This document shows positions 10,715 through 23,292 of a stretch of 64,000 nt of DNA, piece after piece; the first letter of the stretch is position 1; every line of letters starts with the position of its first letter. The translations under genes were made by a program, and so were the position numbers. This stretch comes from Octopus sinensis (taxonomy: Eukaryota). The stretch is taken from the NCBI RefSeq assembly GCF_006345805.1, contig NC_042997.1, positions 24,676,001 through 24,740,000 on the forward strand. The letters are read 5' to 3'. The notes below the pieces were generated by a model that made no database searches, was not told where the DNA came from, and saw only the letters and a program-made list of their open reading frames with translations.

Positions 10715-11306
10715 GACCACATCTCACTCCTCTGGAACTTCGCCATTCAAACTGACAGAAAGATAGATGCAAATAGGCCAGACATCATATTGAAAGACTT
10801 CAAACAAAGAACATGCCTCCTCATTGATATGACTGTCCCAATCGATATAAACGTATCTGTCAAGACCTACCAAAAACTGAGCAAATATAAAGATCTTGAA
10901 ATAGAAATCAGCAAAATGTGGAAGCTGAAGACTAAAACAATACCTGTTATCATAGGTGCTCTGGGAATGATAGCAAAAGGGGCAGATAGCTACCTAACTC
11001 AGATACCAGGAAACCCAAAAATGGCAGAAATTCAAAAGATAGTGCTCATGGGAACTGCTCATATCCTACGCAAAATACTTTCTATGTAATCTCAAGGTTT
11101 AAAACAAACATAATTTTCGGTTTAAAAAAATAAAGAAAAAAAAAATTTTTTTTTTTTAGACATTCATTAGTACAACACCCCCACCCCCCAAATATATGGC
11201 ACACTAGGCATAACAACAACATGAACTTCCAACCCTGTTATCTCTTGAGGTCTCTGGGTGAGACTTGGAGCCAACTTGTACAAATATAAAGCAAAAGTCA
11301 AACATA
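10713..11306 (+). mobile_element. 5'-truncated R4/Dong-type non-LTR retrotransposon (restriction-like endonuclease C-terminus plus 3' UTR) in (TAA)n
   Basis: ORF 10670-11089: NRPDIILKD...LIDMTVP...KLSKYKDL...PVIIGALG is the PD-(D/E)xK RLE of R2/R4-type elements; (TAA)n on both sides. Confidence 0.85.
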
Positions 11307-11311
11307 TAATA

Positions 11312-11359
<48 letters not shown>

Positions 11360-11881
11360 GAAAAAGAAGAAGAAGAAGAAGAAGAAGTTCTTGAAGGTGC
11401 TGCTCCAGCTTGGCTGCAGTCTAATGCCTGAAACATGTAAAAGATGGAAGATTAAAGATATAAAGATATACATAACGACTTTCTATCTGTCTACCAATAA
11501 GCACACACACAGATACACAAACAAACAATCATCATCAGTCTTCTGAAGAGGGTTATTTGAATGGCCTTAAAACCGACAAGAAACCTGGGACCAATAGTTA
11601 CTGTGGCTTTCCTTCATATAGTTGTTATTATCCGGTTTGTTTATCGGTGTATATCTGTGTGTGGATATATGTATATATATGTATATATTTTGTTGGTATA
11701 TTTAAATTTTCAGCAAAAGATAATATTAGTCATTGACATAATAATATATTCATTGAAGAAAATAACAGAGGACTTCTCACGCGTCTGCAAGGATGCGAAG
11801 TCAATTAAAGTACTAAATTAAGCCCGGAAGAGAAGAAAAATTTTAAATATTCAAGAATAACAAACTGAATAAGTACACACG

Positions 11882-11957
<76 letters not shown>

Positions 11958-12074
11958 TATGTGTGTTTGAGCGAGTAATTTCGTGAGTGAATGTATTTGT
12001 GTGCTTACGTATCTCAGAGTTTGAGTTTTTAGCAAGGGTTTTGTTAGCAGTATGGGCGTGTGCTTTAAGGGTGT

Positions 12075-12480
12075 TGATGTGGCACTATCGTCAGCACACG
12101 AAGAGAGATGCTTAGCGGCATTTAATACCTCACAACGTCTGCGTTACGTTGTGAGTTCAAATTCCGCCGAGGCCGACTTTGCCTTTCATCCTTTCGGGGT
12201 CGATAAATTAAGTACCAGTTACGCACTGGAGTCAATGTAATCGACTTAATACCTATGTCTGTCCTTGTTTGTCCCCTCTGTGTTTAGCCCCTTGTGGGTA
12301 ATAAAGAAATAGGTATTTAATACCTCTCTACATCCTGAGTTTATATTCCACTGAGATTCACTTTGCCTTTCATCCCTTCGGGTGCGATGAAATAAGTAGC
12401 AGTTGAACATTGGGGTCGATCTAATCGACGTGACCTCTCCTCCAAAACTTCTGGCATTGTGCCGAAATCTAAAACCAATA
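12075..12480 (+). mobile_element. Old SINE A'-type copy containing a younger 5'-truncated SINE A (12132-12311)
   Basis: 15-bp TSD GG(C/T)ATTTAATACCTC at 12117-12131 and 12312-12326. Confidence 0.8.
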
Positions 12481-12872
12481 TAGGTATGTGTGTATACACT
12501 TATTTATGCATACATGTATACATACATATGTGTATATATATATTTTGCATATCTATAGTTATTCTTTGCGGCACTGAATAGCCTAAAGGCATTTTTTGTT
12601 GTTATTGTACCATTTGTCTGTTATATCTTCCTCATTATTTTTCTTGTTGCACACGCTTATGTTATTTTCTTCTGTCCTCGTATACATTCGTTATTTTTTT
12701 TCCTGAAGCTTAATGCCCCTCCGTGATATGAGTGGTCTTGGTTTTAAAGCGTGCGAAACCACGAAGACGTCTCGGAAACTAACCGAGAAGAAAAATCCGT
12801 TGCGAACGTTCTTTCTATCGAGATTTTAATGAAAATAAAGTTAACAAAGAAACGAAGCAACGGAAATAACTG

Positions 12873-13293
12873 CTCTTTTACTCTTTTACTAGTTTCAGTC
12901 ATTTGACTGCGGCCATGCTGGAGCACCGCCTTTAGTCGAGCAAGTCGACCCGGGACTTATTCTTTGTAAGCCCAGTACTTATTCTATCGGTCTCTTTTGC
13001 CGAACCGCTAAGTGACGGGGACCTAAACACACCAGCATCGGTTGTCAAGCAAGCTAGTGGGACAAACACAGACACACAAACATATACACACACACACACA
13101 CAAACCACATATATATATATATATACCTATATACGAATGGCTTCTTTCAGTTTCTATCTATCAAATCCACTCACAAGGCATTGGTCGGCCCGAGGCTATA
13201 GCAGAAGACACTTGCCCAAGATGCCACGCAGTGGGACTGAACCCGAAACCATGTGGTTGGTAAGCAAGCTACTTACCACACAGCCACTCCTGC
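12873..13293 (-). mobile_element. SINE family B, full length
   Basis: Head GCAGGAGTGGCTGTGTGG, CORE-like GGCATCTTGGGCAAGTGTC, internal microsatellite, (TAAAAGAG)n tail. Confidence 0.9.
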
Positions 13294-13299
13294 TGTAAA

Positions 13300-13980
13300 C
13301 AATATACAAGCATCTTCACAGGGAAACAGATATACTTAAAGAGCTGCAATGCAAAAGCAAATATATATAACAAAGATAGCAACCCTTACTGGAATTATGA
13401 TTAATAATAATAATAGATGTTGTGAATAAAAGCTCAAATTATTTATTCGAAAAGGATATTTAAATTAATGAAAATCAAAACAAGAAATGTAAATTAGGCA
13501 ATAAACGGAGCAAACATAAACATATAAATAATCAAGAAGGGTAAAAAGATATAAAAAATTGAGCTAAGATAAAACAAAAATATGATTGCGCAACCAATGG
13601 ATTATGTCCCCTGAAAAATTACAGATGTAAGGTAATCTCAGAAGGTCAGATATTTTATTATATAGGTGCGTTCAAAACATATATAAAATGAAGAATTGTC
13701 AATCACGAAAACTTATTTAGAGACAACAAAAAGAGGAATAAAACCAGCTTAAGCAATTTAGTTGGGTCAATAAAAGATTATAATAAAGAATATGAAATTA
13801 CCTGGGAAATAATTAGTAGAATCAAACCATATAGAAGAGTAAGCAAACGGTGAGCATTGTGTGTTGAAGAAATTTACCAAATTCTCACCTCAAAATACAA
13901 ATTAATTAACCCTAGACGCGAGCACGCCAGACGATGTCTTCATCAGTCTAAACATACATTTAATCGATTTAAGTGACTGA
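13300..13980 (+). pseudogene. Degenerate Penelope-like GIY-YIG endonuclease C-terminal region
   Basis: CPL...YYIG...NH...TSLSNLVGSIKD...EITWEII...KR*ALCVEE...IL matches the PLE GIY-YIG pattern, with stops. Confidence 0.75.
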
Positions 13981-14479
13981 ATGATAAGTAATACTAACAT
14001 TAGAATAGAAATCAAGTAAATAATAGCAAGCAGAGTAGCCGATTAAATGTAAACTCCTAAATGAATAAACTTTATATTAAAGAACAATAAGGGAATAGAA
14101 TTAATGATATCCATAAATTTAAGCTAATTATAAAATGAGCAAATGAAATAATATAACAATAACTCATTATTAACTATGTAATAATAATAAGAATAGTTGT
14201 GGTAGTAGTAGTGATAGGGACGATAATAATAATAACAACAATAACATCAACACACACTAAGCAACCCGATACAGAATATAGTACCATTCATTACTTGAAG
14301 GATAAAATACAGTCGTTGACTACTGACCCATTCTTGGACAGCTAGTCACTTGTTTTTCTAACCAGCAGAGTTGAAAAGATCAGAATTTAGGCTATTTTTA
14401 GAATACTAACACCACGCGTATTTTGGTTAGATTTGTATTTAGTTCAGATGAGTTCTGAATCTCTCTCTCTCATCTAGAT

Positions 14480-15000
14480 CATCCCATAGAATGGGTTTAC
14501 TATAGGAGCCACAGTGCACTGCTCCATGTGGTCCCGCAGTTTCCATCTAACTAGGAATATTAAGGTTTCATCCATTGTCTTGTATTCAAGATCCTCTGCA
14601 TGACATCCTGCTAGTTCAAAGCCAAGTATCTTATTTGTTAGGTCCTGCCGATAACTAAATCCACGCCCTGCTGCCCATGCTTCGATTTATTTTCGTCAAA
14701 GTATTGTCTGTCTATTCCCCTTCGATCTGTCTGGCCTGCTAAGATTTCTCTCCTTCCAGCATAGCTCTCAGTGTCGATGGAGCACACAGGCACTTCACCG
14801 CGACAAGGTGTTTGTTGAATTGGCTTTAACTACACAGTAGTTCTACTCTTTGACGAGTCCTATTTTTCGTCCCGCAATGTGTCAAACAACCACAATACTC
14901 ACCAAGCAAGTTTATGGGGTTGCCATTTTAGTCACCGACGACCTGATCATGTGACAGGTTGTACTGGGTTACATGTTACCAATAGCGCTCAAGAGCGACC
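14480..15000 (-). mobile_element. Possible degenerate LINE (RTE-like) 5' region
   Basis: Higher-GC non-microsatellite sequence with motifs such as TAAAATGGCAACCCC; no intact ORF. Confidence 0.25.
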
Positions 15001-15434
15001 TGACCCGAAGAAGTAGCACTTAACACCAAAATGCACACCAAGATGCAAAATTCTGCAGTGTGCACAAAACTGCAGAAGAGACATATGCAGGTGAAGAAAT
15101 GGAAAGACCTGACTGACTGCAGAATAAAAGTGGACATATAAGTCTCCGTCCCCCTTCATATTAATCTAACATATTTTTCTCTACCGATAACATGCAGTCT
15201 CTACAGAGGCATATGGACATACTGAGGATAGTAAAATAAACTAACTGAAGACTGGAGTTTTTCTACACTCACGGAGGTTAGCCAGCATTATATACCGGTA
15301 AAAGTGAATATGGTACCCAATAAGATTGTATATCCTTACCAACCTAATTCGGAAATTTACTTTACACACACAAACACACACATACACACACGCTCACACA
15401 CATACACACATAATACATATAAACACAAAAACAC

Positions 15435-15473
<39 letters not shown>

Positions 15474-15515
15474 AATGTTTGTATATATGTATATATATGT
15501 ATATATGTATATAAG

Positions 15516-15546
<31 letters not shown>

Positions 15547-16324
15547 ACATAAGAAGTATGTATATATATATATATGTATACATATACATAAGATATATGT
15601 TACTGTATGTTATTGTGAACCTTTACTCTTACTCTTTCGTTTCAAGTTGCAGACACGTGAAGCGTTTGAATACTTCGAAACCTGAAACTCAGAACAATGA
15701 TTCAGGAAGCCTTAGCCTCCAATAAAATATATACAGTTTCTATACTGAATAATTCTTCTACGTTTGTAAAAAAACAAGGGTTCACACGCACACACACACA
15801 CACAAATACACACACATTCACACAAACCTATACATGCTCACATACATAAATACCGATCCACCAACCGATATATATATACATGCATGTGGGTGTATTTATC
15901 TCCACTATTAATGTATAGTCAGTTACCCAACAAAGTTGAGTTTTGTGTTGTTATCAGTTGCCAAAATTGAGCCTCACTGTCGTTAAAGGAGAGACACTTG
16001 TTCCTAAAATTCATGCCGACTGTATGTCACCGAGTAGTCAGCCGTTTACGTTATACATAGATATGTGCATGCATACATACGAACATGCATACCTATGTAC
16101 GTATATACATACATATACACATATATACATACATATGCAGAAGATATAAACATATTTGCATATCTACAGGCCTTTATCTGTACATTTATGAGTGAGTGTG
16201 TATATATACATTCATGCATTCATTTATACACATATGTGTATGAGTGTATCTGTTCATGCGCGTGCGTGTATTTTTGCGCGCTTGCGTTTGAGTCTATATT
16301 CATACATATACATATATACATACA

Positions 16325-16367
<43 letters not shown>

Positions 16368-16429
16368 ATACACACACACACACATATAACGATCTGTCAG
16401 TCGCCATGATTAAACGTTAGCCACTACAC

Positions 16430-16600
16430 ATTTTTTCTCTCTTTGTTTCTCTCCTTGTTTTTTTCTGTGTCCCTTTCTGTAGAAGGGCGTAGGCTCGAAA
16501 CCTAAAAGACTTTTTCTATTCCTGAGCGTTATACTAATACACCTGTTTGTTTTGTACACCACCTGTCTTCGTCTTTTGCTGTTTTTTTTTCGTAAACTCT
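16430..16600 (+). mobile_element. PLE-type terminal repeat remnant with degenerate minimal hammerhead (16473-16508)
   Basis: CTTT-CTGTAGA-A-GGGC-GTAG-GCTC-GAAAC-CTA-AAAG. Confidence 0.55.
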
Positions 16601-16605
16601 CCCTA

Positions 16606-17010
16606 GGCGCAGGAGTGGCTGTGTGGTAAGTAGCTTGTTTGCCAACCACATGGTTCCGGGTTCAGTCCCACTGCGTGACACCTTGGGTAAGTCTCTTCTA
16701 CTATAACCTCGGGCCGACCAAAGCCTTGTGAGTGGATTTGGTAGACGGAAACTGAAAGAAGCCTGTCGTATATATGTATATATATATATATGTGTATGTG
16801 TTTGTGTGTCTATGTTTGTCCCCCTAGCATTGCTTGACAACCGATGCTGGTGTGTTTATGTCACCGTTACTTAGCGGTTCGGCAAAAGAGACCGATAAAA
16901 TAAGTACTGGCTTACCAAAGAATAAGTCCTGGGGTCGATTTGCTCTATTAAAGGCGGTGCTTCAGCATGGCCGTAGTCAAATGACTGAAACAAGTAAAAG
17001 AGTAAAGAGT
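16606..17010 (+). mobile_element. SINE family B, full length
   Basis: Homology to other B copies. Confidence 0.9.
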
Positions 17011-17089
17011 AATATATATATACATATATGTACATATATATATATATGAATCCCAAAAATAAAACGAAAAATAAAAATAAAACAGGAAA

Positions 17090-17230
17090 AAAATAACCAC
17101 GCGAGGAAGTGGCACATGCAAAGTATTAGCAGACGCTCAGAGAAGGAAAGAAAGGTAGTTTTACATTTAGAGCAAAGCTCTTCGTCAGAAACAGGAGACG
17201 GAGGAAAGTCCATGAGAAAAGGAAAACGGA
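17090..17230 (-). mobile_element. PLE-type terminal repeat remnant with degenerate minimal hammerhead (17157-17192)
   Basis: Minus strand GTTT-CTGACGA-A-GAGC-TTT-GCTC-TAAAT-GTA-AAAAC. Confidence 0.5.
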
Positions 17231-17666
17231 TGAGAAAAATTGTCAAGGATACATAAATTGTGTGTCCTGTTCTTGTTCCCAACTTTGATTCTCCTTAAAT
17301 CCTATATTTTATTTTAGAATTTATGGGAGCAACAGTCTTTGAAGACTCATATTGTCGTTCAATGCTTGAAATGAGGAGTATATAGACAGCCGACAAATGA
17401 TAAAGTGTACTTTCTCTGTGATTACTTGCCCTCATTTTTCTCCCTCGTTGTTTATGTATTTAACTCGTTTGTTTACGTCTTTCCTGTTGTTTGCACAGTT
17501 GGTGACGTCCTATCCGGTTCAGACTGAAGATTAGAGGCTTCGAGTGACCCGTCTGTTTTTTTGTGTCGTCTCTTTGTGTGTTTTTGCGTTCTTGTCCCAC
17601 TTTGTAATTTATATTTTATATTTAATTTCTATACATATATTATTGCGGCGTAACGTACCCCAATCT

Positions 17667-17701
<35 letters not shown>

Positions 17702-17703
<2 letters not shown>

Positions 17704-19133
17704 TTTGATACTTTGATAGGTTTCGGCCATTATTGGCCCAGGCCATGTCTAACTTAATAGCACCACCTGGTGAAGTCTTTCAAGTCAGAATTTGGGCACT
17801 ATGGCCCACTCAAGTAGAGAGTTATTGTTTACAGAGACATATCCGGGTGTAGGGGGTTTATCCGGGATTTCTTGAAGGAATCTGTCCAAAGACTTCTTGA
17901 ACCCTATAGGGTCAGTTTCTGTTTTAATGTGTTTTGGTGTAATGTTAAAGAGAGCGGGGCCAATTGAGGTGAAATAATTGTGCCGTATTGTTGTTATGAG
18001 ATGAGAGTGCGATTTTTGTTTTGGGCGGATGGCACGGGGCCCAAGCCTTGGATGTACCTTAAAGGTGATGCCAACATCATTGGGCAATGCTGATGGAATA
18101 TTTTCCACATCATGCAGATGATGTAGCGCTCACGACGACGTTGGAGAGAATAGAGTTTTAGCTTTTCTAGTCGACCCCAATAGTCGAGGCCTGTCATGCC
18201 ATCTATCTTTTTTGTGATTGCCCTTTGAGGTGCTTCAACTTTTATGATACCTTGTATTGTGTGGGGAGACCACAGTGGACAACAGTATTCAAGGTGGGGT
18301 CGGGCAAAAGTGGAGAAGAGAAGGATAATGGTGTGGATATCTCTCGACTGGAAAGTTCTGAGAATCCAGGAACACATTCTGCGGGCCATGTCAACTTTGG
18401 TGTTTATATGAGTGGCCCAGCTTACGTTGTTGTCCACAATTACTCCCAAGTCTCTGATGTTGTTGGACGCCGCGAGAGTTTCACCTGAAGGAAGGGAGTA
18501 TGGGAGTTTCAGGGCATCCTCTTTTCCAAAGTGGATTAGCTCAAATTTATCCTCGTTCAGCAGCATATTGTTTTTTTTCTGCCCATTGGATAACAGCCAG
18601 TAGATCTGACTGAAGGCATGTCCGGTCACTCGCCTCATTTATGACCTTCTGTAGCTTGGAGTCATCTGCAAAGATTTTTATGTTGCTGTGCTTGATGATG
18701 TCATTAATGTCATTAATGTAAATGATGAAAAGAAGTGGGCCAAGCACAGTGCCTTGCGGAACGCCACTACTGACTTTGGCTGGGCTTGATTTTACCCCTT
18801 CAACTACAACATGTTGAGATCTGTCTGTCAGGAAACACTTAATCCATTTCAGTAACTTTCCAGAGACACCAATGTTGGATAGTTTTTTCAATAGGATCTT
18901 GTGATCGACCCTGTCGAAGGCCTTACTGAAATCAAGGTAGATGACATCGGTGTTGGAGCCCTCTCCCAAAGCTCTCAAAATGTCCTCAAAGTGATGCAGG
19001 AGCTGCGTTAGGCAGTCCCTTCCATTACGGAACCCATGTTGGTTGGAGATCAGCCGTCTGTTGCTTTCCAGAAATTGGGTTATTCGAGATCTCACCACCC
19101 TCTCAAATACCTTGATGATATGAGAGGTGAGCA
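17702..19133 (-). mobile_element. 5'-truncated CR1-clade LINE (RT domain, C-terminus, 3' UTR, (TATCAAAG)n tail), frameshifted
   Basis: ORF pieces 18547-19272, 17994-18638, 17785-18108: QHGFR, YLDFSKAFDRVDH, GVPQGTVLGPLLF, FADDSKL, PHLEYCCPLWSP. Confidence 0.92.
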
Positions 19134-19194
19134 CACATATATATACACACACATATATATATATATATATATAGATAGATATATAGATCGATAA

Positions 19195-19225
<31 letters not shown>

Positions 19226-19528
19226 TAGATATAGATATAGATATAGATAGATATGGATATGTATGTATACATACATAACCAGGCATACCTATAGACTTTT
19301 CTTTCTTCATTATCGCATACCTTGTTGTCAGCTGTATATGGTATATCTATGATATTATTATTATTATTATTATTATTATCATCATCATCATCATCATCAT
19401 CATTATTATCATTAGTATTCTCTCTCTATATATATATATATGCATGCATTCTCCTCCGTATATATTCCACACAAACGCTCAGTATACAAATTTTTTCAGT
19501 AAGTACATATATATATATACGCATTATG

Positions 19529-19619
<91 letters not shown>

Positions 19620-19620
<1 letters not shown>

Positions 19621-19915
19621 TATATATATATACATGCATATATGGGTACAGGACATCAAAAAAGCGTTGAATACAATGAGAAACGAAAACATAAAAGCAA
19701 AATCATAGAAATTACCTTTTTTTCAAACAACGAAAAAAACAGATCACAAAACATACAACACAAGGAATATTCCCCTTCTTCAGTTGTCCCTGTTTCGTCC
19801 ACTCTGCGTTTCGAAGGCGCGACTTCGTTGAAACAGACCTTCCCGCAAAGTAAATTAAATGAAATTTGAGATTTTTTGCGGAGGGTAAAAGTGGTAACAA
19901 GAACAGGACAGTATG
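19620..19915 (-). repeat. Unclassified dispersed repeat (probably PLE-derived); related copies at ~20030-20190 and ~52530-52775
   Basis: Shared GGGTACAGGACA...AATGAGAAACGAAAACATAAA...CCCCTTCTTCAGT...GTTTCGAAGG blocks. Confidence 0.65.
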
Positions 19916-20199
19916 AATAAAACAAAAAAAGGTAAAAATAGTAAAAGTTATTCTGAACGCTTAAGCAGACAGCTTATGAAAGAGACAGGATATATATAGT
20001 GTAATAAATAAAATATACGCATACATACATACATATATGTACGTACCTACATCTACATGTATATATACATGCATATATAAATATATATACGTGAGTACAG
20101 GACACCACAACTAGACGTAGAACTTAACGAGAAACGAAAACGGAAAAACAAGCATGGAACAAACCATTTTTTACAACAGAAAAACAGAGTACAAATATA

Positions 20200-20235
<36 letters not shown>

Positions 20236-20302
20236 TGTATGTATGTATGTATGTATGTATGTATGTACGTATGTATGTATGTATGTATATATATGTATGT
20301 AT

Positions 20303-20451
20303 AGCCGCAGGTATGACTGTGGTAAGAAGTTTGTTTCTTTAGCAGATTGTTCCGTGTTCTGTCCCAGTGTAGCACTTTGGGCAATTGTCTTCTTATGTAG
20401 CCTCCACTCACTAGTGGATTTGGTAGGCGGAAACTGATGAAGCATATCGCG

Positions 20452-20485
<34 letters not shown>

Positions 20486-20710
20486 ATGTATGTATTTTTC
20501 TGTATGTGCCTTAGTGTCTGGGCTTGTTCCTCCATCTCCGCTTGACAACCGGTGTTGGTGTGTTTAAGTTTCCGTAACTTGGCGGTTCGGCAAAAGAGCA
20601 CGGTAGAGTAAATGCTTGGTTTAAAAAAATAAAGTTCTGATGTCGATCTGTTCCGCAAAGACCCTTAAAGGCCGAAGTCAAATGACGGAATTAAGTAACG
20701 GGATAAAAGA
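20303..20710 (+). mobile_element. Diverged SINE family B
   Basis: Recognisable head, CORE-like segment, internal microsatellite and tail. Confidence 0.75.
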
Positions 20711-20731
20711 ATGAACATTAAAGCATGTAAA

Positions 20732-20769
<38 letters not shown>

Positions 20770-20777
<8 letters not shown>

Positions 20778-20978
20778 CGACTATCGCGTGTATTACGTTC
20801 CAAAACCCCCGTGATATGTGAAAATCCGCGAAGTAAAAACACTACTGTACTGTATATTTTTTATTAGTATTTTTAGAATTTGTATATATTTATTTTATTA
20901 AAATTGTAAAACAGAGGCATCGACGTAAGCTTGAATAAACCGCGATAAGTGAACCGCGATATGGTGAGGGATTGCTAT
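20770..20978. mobile_element. Tigger/pogo-like MITE (~200 bp) in (TA)n
   Basis: Imperfect TIRs CCTCGACTATCGCG ... CGCGATATGGTGAGGGATTGCTA with TA flanks. Confidence 0.65.
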
Positions 20979-21567
20979 ATTTAATATATATATATACATA
21001 TATACGTATATATAATATATATTATATATATATATATATATAATATAAATATATATATATTATATATATATACATACATACATACATACATATATATATA
21101 TGTGTATTTATGTATGTATGTGTGTGTGTATGCATAAATACACATGTAAATTGTATTCATTTATACGTATGGGAGATTTTGCGCGCGCCTGTACCTATAT
21201 ATGTGTATCACCGCATATTTATGTGTGTTCATAGTTGTATGAATGATCAACTGAACATTTGTTCCATGTGTCCCTCACACACAGTCTTTTGTATGTGTGT
21301 ACGCATTGAATATATATACACACACACCAAATATACATCCCTACATATATGCGCGTGTGGTGGTGTGGTAGACGTCTCGGCAACAAATGGTACTGCAGCA
21401 ATAACAAACGGAGCAATGAAGACAAAAAAAATTAAAATAAGATAAACGAAGACTTCGTCGTAAAGATAAGTTTAACCGCAGAATTATATGCACGTAAATT
21501 AAACCACCGTTCCGATATTTACACTTCTATTTTGAAGGATGTACATACATATGTACGTAAGTGCTGC

Positions 21568-21600
<33 letters not shown>

Positions 21601-22496
21601 GTGTGTGTGTGTGAGCGAGAGAGAGAGAGAGTATATGTCTGTGTATACTTGAAAGTATACATACGCATTTATATGTGTGTGTTGTGTATGTGTATACACA
21701 TGAATATAAACGTGTAGAAACGCGCACAAATTCATAACACTAAACGTGCTTCACTAACGCCGCCCAAAATGAAACGGTACACCTTTCCTTTGCAGTATGT
21801 TTTCTTTATTATTCACAAAACTTACCACAAACTTTTTATTGGACTTTTATTTATTTCTGAATATGAATACGTTTCCTACACATATGCAAGTCTTTATGGG
21901 AAATCTTCGACGTGTAAACCTTGTTGTTAGAATACAGTTACGTTTCAATCGAGATTCAACTTTTCATAGTCTTTTTATTTCTGTGTTTTCGACATTTATT
22001 GTTTTACAGTCTACATATGTTTGCCTGAAGATGGTTAAGTGTCTGCCTACACATCGATTTTGGTAACTTAGCTTTTGAATATATATGTTGCTGAGTTTGT
22101 TATTTGAGGTAGTTTAGAAGATATGGATTCTAAAGATATTCGTAAAAAAAAAAACAAATACATACATAGATATATACTTACGTTTTCAGGCATGGATATA
22201 CATAAGTTTGTATGCTTGCCCCTGTAAGTGTGTATTTGGTTGTTTTGTTAAGAAGCTCGCCACAAAACCACATTATCGAGTCGTTCGATTCTAGAACTGG
22301 GTATCTTAGTCTTTTAAGGTTTCTTAGCATTTTCCACGCCATTTACACTCTAGCAACATTTTAAAATTTATTTACTGCTATATCGTATTTTTTTCTTTTT
22401 TTTCCGTTAATTAAAGTTTACTCATTGGCTATAATAAAACATCAGACAAAGGAGAAGTTTGAAATAAATTTTTTTTTTAAATGTCGAAATACCTAT

Positions 22497-22660
22497 TTCT
22501 TTACTACCCATAAGGGGTTGAACTCTGAGAGAACAAACAAGGACAGACAAACGGATTAAGTCGATTATATTGACCCCAGTGCGCAACGGGTACTTATTTA
22601 ATCGACCCCGAAGAGATGAAAGGCAAAGTCAACCTGGCGGAATTTGAACTCAGAACTCAA
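22497..22660 (-). mobile_element. SINE A, 5'-truncated
   Basis: Tail AAAGAAATA followed by GGTATTTCG; Meta-like core. Confidence 0.8.
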
Positions 22661-22910
22661 ATGGAAATAACATGGCGGTAAATAAGCAGTGGGAAAAGCC
22701 TAAGTTAGCATTGGAAAGATATATGAAATAATTATAATAAATGCGGCAGAAGATATAATGAAGGAATAAAAATATAACGCCCGATGCAGAAATGGCAGTC
22801 ATAATAGAAATATGATTTTCAATATTCAGTAGATCAGCCCTTTATATATGTAGCTATCTACCTATAATCAATAACATTATCGTTTAAATGCTGTAAATTA
22901 GTACATCAAA

Positions 22911-23292
22911 TCTCTATATATAAAGCTGAAGTTGTCTGTGTATGGCAGGTTTGGTAGCCTTCAACTAACACTATCTCCTCAAGACCCTGCAACGCAAGTT
23001 GACTAAAATTGAGAGTATGATAGAGGAAGGCTTGCTCTTCCTTCCATAGAAGAAAACATTCAAATCGAACCATATTAACACCAAAAATTATTTACATCAA
23101 AAAGGTGCTTTTTTTAATATGAAAATCCCTATTTTTTAACGATTTTTTGACTGCTGTGTCGCCATTTTTCGGTGTATTTCAACCAGAAAAATATTCACTT
23201 AAAGAGCTACATAATGCAAAATTTTTACTTTTCAAAAATTTCAATTCTAAAGAGTCGAAACAAACCCGAGCAACGCCGGACAATACTGCTAG
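22911..23292 (+). mobile_element. Non-autonomous Helitron
   Basis: A|TC 5' end, subterminal hairpin CCCGAGCAACGCCGG, CTAG|T 3' end, no TSD. Confidence 0.8.
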
